Of a stretch of DNA of 64,000 bases, positions 57,110-64,000 are shown piece by piece. The notes under the pieces were generated by a model. It saw only the letters and a program-made list of their open reading frames with translations, ran no database searches and was not told the DNA's origin. The stretch lies in assembly GCF_009914755.1 (NCBI RefSeq), contig NC_060941.1. The stretch is one strand, 5' to 3'. Both the position numbers and the translations under genes were made by a program. Source of the stretch: the human T2T-CHM13v2.0 reference genome, Homo sapiens. The stretch's first letter is position 1; every line of letters starts with the position of its first letter.

Positions 57110-60100
57110 TAAGATACCAAGTAAGTGACTTGGACATAATAGGTGTGCCATGAAATTATGCTGAAGGAGTGAGCCACTGGTGGTGAGTTGGGATGGCTTT
57201 TTTGTGGTTCTTGTAGGCAGATGTAGTGACCCCCATGGGTCGTCCCTAGAGACCAAGCAGAAACTTTCCTGGTCAACTTTACCCCCAGGACACCTGGTCT
57301 CTCCTCTGGAGGTTGTGCTGGAGGGCTCAGTGGGTGGGTGTTGGCTTCAGTGTGGGGGTTCTGGAAGGAGTCAGCATTTCAGGAGGGAGTGTGGGCACCT
57401 AGATGGTTGAAGGGGAGGGAGAGGAAGAGAGGCGCTGCAGAGGGCAGAGGCATCCCTGCCTGCTCCTCCGCCCCAGGGCCTGGTGAGGTCTGAGCTTTAT
57501 GCTGGTGGGGTGGATTCTCGGTTTCCGAGGCTCTGGCCCTGCCCCTGGACTTGGCACCCTCCTTGCTGTCCTCCCACAGAAGGGCGCTCATCCTTTGGGG
57601 TCATCCCTGGTCCTCTCAGGCTCTGGGTGGGGACGGCCTTGCCTCCTCTCCTGGATCCCTGCTCTTTTCCTGCCCCCCAACATGGGTGCCTCTGGGTGGA
57701 GTGGGGTGGGGCTGGGCTGCAGCACCCAGTACTGAGCCTGCAAGGGCTGGCTGCTGGCTCAGAGCCCCCCCCACCAGAGTTACCCCCCTCCGGCTCCTCA
57801 GCCACACCAGCCAAGTTTCTCCAGAGCTGCCTTATAAGGCGGGTGCTCAGCGCTCGTTCATGGGTCTGGTTCTCTGCCTTCTTGGGATGCTCACTGGGGG
57901 CAAGAGGGAGGCCAGGCCCAGTGCCCAGCTCAGTTCTGGGCATGTCCCAGCTCTGCCCCATGAGTCAACTGGTTCTGAACTATCATTCCACCCCTCCCAG
58001 CCTCAATTTCTTGATCTGTCAAAGAGGCATCTGCAGAGGTGGCTGGGGGCTGAGCTCTCATGTATCCACCCACCCCAAGAACCAAGAAGGGAGTCCACAG
58101 TGGTTCTGGGGCCACTTGTGAACATGGATGTGAAATTGGGGCGGGGTAGACATGGCAGCATGTCTCAGTAGTTTTCCTGTGACCCAGAGGGTCTGGAAAT
58201 CTTTGTCATGTGGGTGGAGCGTTGAGGGAGCAGGGGGTCAGGCCCCCCCGAGCTGATGATGGTGGGCGTGGCTCTTCGCATACTTGGTCCGCACCGGGCC
58301 GTGTGTTCCAGGGGCAGAACAGGGAGGAATCTCAGCACAGACAGCAGGGCTGCCAGTACAGCGTTGAGTATAGGGTTAATCAAAGCACAGGGCTCCCTGG
58401 AACCACCCAACACAGAGCAGTGAAGAGGTGGCTTTGGGGAAAGTGGGGTCAGAGCTGAGCCTGAGTGGGGGGTGGGGAGGGCGGGCATCAGCCTGCAAGG
58501 GAGGGACACCTACTGGGCCCCAGAAGTTCCTGGTGGGGATCAGGGACTGTGAAGTTGGGGAGAGGGTGACCACTGTGATTTAGGGAGGAAGGGCCCCATA
58601 GACAGCCCAGCTTCTGGCCCCGTGTTTACAGGACACCCCACATAGGCTCTGAGCCTATCCCTGGACTGTGGACTCCCTGAGGCAGGGTGTGCAGGTTCGT
58701 CCAGTACCAGGTGTAAGGCAGGGGGCCTTGGTAAGCGTCGAGGGACTCACTGGTGTCTGATGAAGCAGTGAGTTTGGATCGTGTCATGCCTCGGGTCCTG
58801 AGCCTGCAGGATTTTTCTGTGGGGCTGTGTGCTTCTGCTTCTGGAGGTGTCCAGAAGGCACTGACGTTCCTGCCGGGATGCCTTACTCGGAAGGTCCCGC
58901 TGCTCCCACCTCCTCCCATTTTCCTGAGCTGCTTGCAGAGGGCACCCAGGTCCCCTTTTACTTTGGGATTGGGTCTCTTTCTCTTTCCCCTTCTAAGAAC
59001 AAGTACCCTCCTTCTCCGAACTGTCCCTGGAGCCTCTCAGACCTAGGTCTAGAGTGGGAAGTCCCGCATGTGCTGGGGGAACAGGAATCAATGCGGGAGG
59101 ATTGGCCAGGCCCGGTGTGTCTCCTTCGTGGTGGGACGGGGTGGGGCCAGAGAACAGAGCCTGGCTCCAGAGCCCAGGAAGAGAACCCCTCCCCTCGCCG
59201 GCCTGCCAAGCACCGTGCAGTGGTGAGAGGAAAGGAGGGCTGGTCCGGGAATGCAGCGGGTGCCGAGCAGCTGTGGAATACCTTAAATAGAGCGCAGCTG
59301 CGGGGAAGGGTGGGGCCAGGAGGCAGGCGCTGGGGGCGGTTTCTCTGCTCCGCCCCCTGCAGCTCTGTGGCCCTGACCACCCAGCCTGGCCCCAGGATGG
59401 AGCCCCGGCCCCCAGACACATGGCACTGGGTGAGGCCGCCTCTCAGCACTTGTCCCAGGAAGTCAGAGCAGCTGCCAGAAGAGAGAGGAGCTGTGTCTGT
59501 ACCCGCCGCCTCCCAGGCCCGGGACAGCTGCCGGGATTGAGGGTCTGCACAATGGCGAGCCTGTCCGGAGGGGCGCGCCGCGGCCAGACAGCCATGCTCT
59601 GTGCGGTGTGGACAGAGGGCACATTCAGCCCTGGAGGAGCGCACTCAGACTCCCCGCCTCGGGGCCCAAAGTGTGGGCAGCCCCTAACCAGACCCTGGAT
59701 TCCAGCAGACAGCCTGGGAGGATGCCATGTGGTCCACCCTGACACACTGTCTCACCTGTGACCTCATTTCTGAGAGCTGCAGGGAGGCGCTTCCTCAGTT
59801 GGACTCCACTTCCTCTCCGGGGTTTTCTGTGGGTGTTATAAGTGACTCTGTCTCCTTCAGTCCAAGGGGGGCTCCTGGGGTATGGGCTGTAACTGACAGG
59901 CTAGAGTAGCCCATGGCCAGGGCTGAGCTTCCTTCCCGTTCTCTCTGAACACTGGGCCCAGGAAGGGGTTAAAGTGGAGATGCTCTGATTAAAGTTGAGG
60001 GAGGCATGGAGCTCCCCTGACCCTGTCCCCCCATCCCACTGCTGCTACTGGGTGTACTCTGTGGAGCCCCAGGACTCTTAAAGAACCCAGAGTGGAGATT

Positions 60101-60720
60101 CCCGGTCTCATCCAGTGCAGGTGAGGGGGAAAGTGATTTGTCCACAGTTACATGGCTACCATCAGCACACCTGGGTCAAGCTCGATTCCACTCCACGGCC
60201 CCTGTCTGAAACCTGGAACTGGAAATGGCCCTGGAAATCACTGATTCCATCTGCCGCCTTCCAAAATGGCCCGCAGAGGTTAAGATATAGACTCCTGTAA
60301 TGCCTTGCCCACTCGTGTGTGGGGAAATGGCAGAGGAGCACCGGCTTTGCCCTCACACTGCCTGGGCTGCCGCCCCTGCCCTGCCTAGTGGCTTTCCTCT
60401 CTGGTCCGTTTTCTCATTGTGGAAGTGGGCACAATTCTTCCTGTGCAGCGTGGTTAGAGTGGACAGTGATGATTCGTGAAGCAGGGTGGAGCGCCTGGGG
60501 GATTCGTGTTAAACAAGCACATAAACAAAAGCCAACACAACCCTTACTTAATCAGCAAGCAGGCCTTGTCTGAAGCCCCTGGGCAGCACCTCATGCCATC
60601 CCTAGGTTCCAGGCCGGTGGTGTCGCCCCGTGTCTCTCTCACCCGCAAGCTGGTGTTTAGAAGCCCTGCTCTGTGTTCTGGCTCCCATTCTCCCTGTGAC
60701 CTTTCCCTTTCTTCATCCTA

Positions 60721-62531
<1,811 letters not shown>

Positions 62532-62880
62532 GAGTTATTTGTACATCTTTATCACAGCAGGTACGAGTATCTTGTCCCCAGCTGCCTACTTTTGATTTTA
62601 TTTCTGGGATGTTCTTCTACACAGAACATTTTAATCCTGATATTGTCAAGTCTCTGCTTTCCCTTTTAGCTTTTGGAATTCACATCCTGTTTAGAGGTCT
62701 CCTGCGTTCTGAAATTATAGGAAAGAATTTCACCCACGTTTTCTTCTAGTACTTCTGTGGTTTCATTTTTACATGTTGAAATCATGAATCCATTGGAATG
62801 TATTTTGGTTTCAGCAGCGAGGTAGGGGTAGATGGTATTGCTTGGATACACAGCAGCGAGCTTGGTCTGGAGCGGGTGGG

Positions 62881-62882
<2 letters not shown>

Positions 62883-62919
<37 letters not shown>
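62883..62919. repeat. (GT)18 microsatellite
   Basis: Read directly. Confidence 0.98.
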
Positions 62920-62921
<2 letters not shown>

Positions 62922-63868
62922 ATTTTTATCAGTTTTGGTGTCTGCATTGTGCTGGCTTAGCAAAAACAATTTGGATGCATTTCTTTTACCCTCTGCCTTC
63001 TGGAACATTTTAAGCAGCAACATAATAATCTCTCTGTTAAAACTTTTCAAGAATTCACTCGTGAAACCATCTGAGCCTGATACTTTTGGGGGAGTCTAGC
63101 ACTTTAAAAACTTAAACTTTTTCCATGGGTCTGTGAGTTTGGGAGTTTTTCTTTCTTCTTAAAATTCATTACTATTTTTTTCCTAGAAAAGTGTCTTTTA
63201 GCTTATTTAAAATCCGTCAGCTTATTCCGAGGGGGTTGCTTTAGCTCGCTTAGTGAGGACAGTGTGCAGCGCGGTGATTGACATGATTGATCAGCAGAGC
63301 ACGATCGATCAGTCGGTGTGCAAACATGACTGACTGTGGCCAGCGTCCTGGGATGCTCCATGTTGAGGCACATGTGTGCAGTGCAGGGTGATGTGTATTC
63401 TGAGAGGGGATGAAGCCACAGGACCCCTGCACCCTTAGGAGAGAGCCCCCCTCCCCAAGGCTGCAGTCTTGAGTAGGTAGTGACGGGACTGGGTCTAGGG
63501 GGCTGAGTGGTCCCAGCAGGCCAAGGGCTTCAGGAATTATGAGAAGTTTGGAGTTGCCCAGAGAGCAGCTTTCAAAACCAGTCTGGACTGCAGCCTCCAG
63601 AAAGACATGCGATTGACACCACGAACCAGGACACACCTATATATGGGGTGGGGGTGGGGATGGGATGTATTAATGAAACCAAATTTCCGTGATGGAATTC
63701 TTACCTTTACCATGCGTGTGCTACACTCAGTATTTTCTTTTTTTTTTTTTTTTTCCCCTCTCTCTTTTTTTCTTTTTGTTTGTTTGTTTTGGAGAGAGGG
63801 AAGGCTTTTTTTCATTTTTTTTTAAACAGCTTTATTGAGATCCAAGTAAGCTACTATACAATCCACCA

Positions 63869-64000
63869 ATTTATTTATTTATTTATTTTTTTGAGACGGA
63901 GTTTCACTCTTGTCGCCTAGGCTGGAGTGCAGTGGCGCCATCTCGGCTGACTGCAACCTCCGCCTCCTGGGTTCAACCAATTCTCCTGCCTCAGCCTCCC
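63869..64000 (-). mobile_element. AluS cut by the window edge
   Basis: (TTTA)n tail followed by Alu right arm. Confidence 0.92.

Noticed and set aside
63270-63335. Cluster of GATC / GATTGA motifs
   Set aside because: No convincing hairpin or recognisable element

Overview
Human (or very close great-ape) genomic DNA from inside SEPTIN9 (SEPT9, 17q25), transcribed on the + strand. The window is mostly intron. It holds: (1) the CpG-island promoter and first coding exon of SEPT9 transcript v2 (MSDPAVNAQLDGIISDFE, 23228-23282), the region used as the methylated-SEPT9 colorectal cancer blood marker; (2) a probable non-coding first exon with uORFs (v4-type, about 25870-26128); (3) the shared 645-bp exon (51855-52499) encoding the basic/proline-rich N-terminal domain, including the hereditary neuralgic amyotrophy (HNA) codons (wild type here) and the internal isoform-4 AUG; (4) a short alternative first exon (MAGAGCTGTWSWLWGT, 54888-54936); (5) MIR4316 on the - strand. 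The rest is about 34 Alu copies or fragments, several antisense MLT1 LTRs, MER63, L1, L2 and MIR fragments, microsatellites, and a roughly 600-bp C-rich polypyrimidine tract. Most interesting: the 645-nt exon is phase-symmetric, stop-free, contains a strong AUG and is bracketed by convergent Alus, so its circular form would be an endless ORF. Also notable are an inverted 65-bp templated insertion inside an Alu, a hairpin hiding an isoform start codon, and a possible Kozak variant in the mSEPT9 amplicon. Repeat boundaries and subfamilies were judged by eye and are approximate. Literature links are from memory, not from a search.
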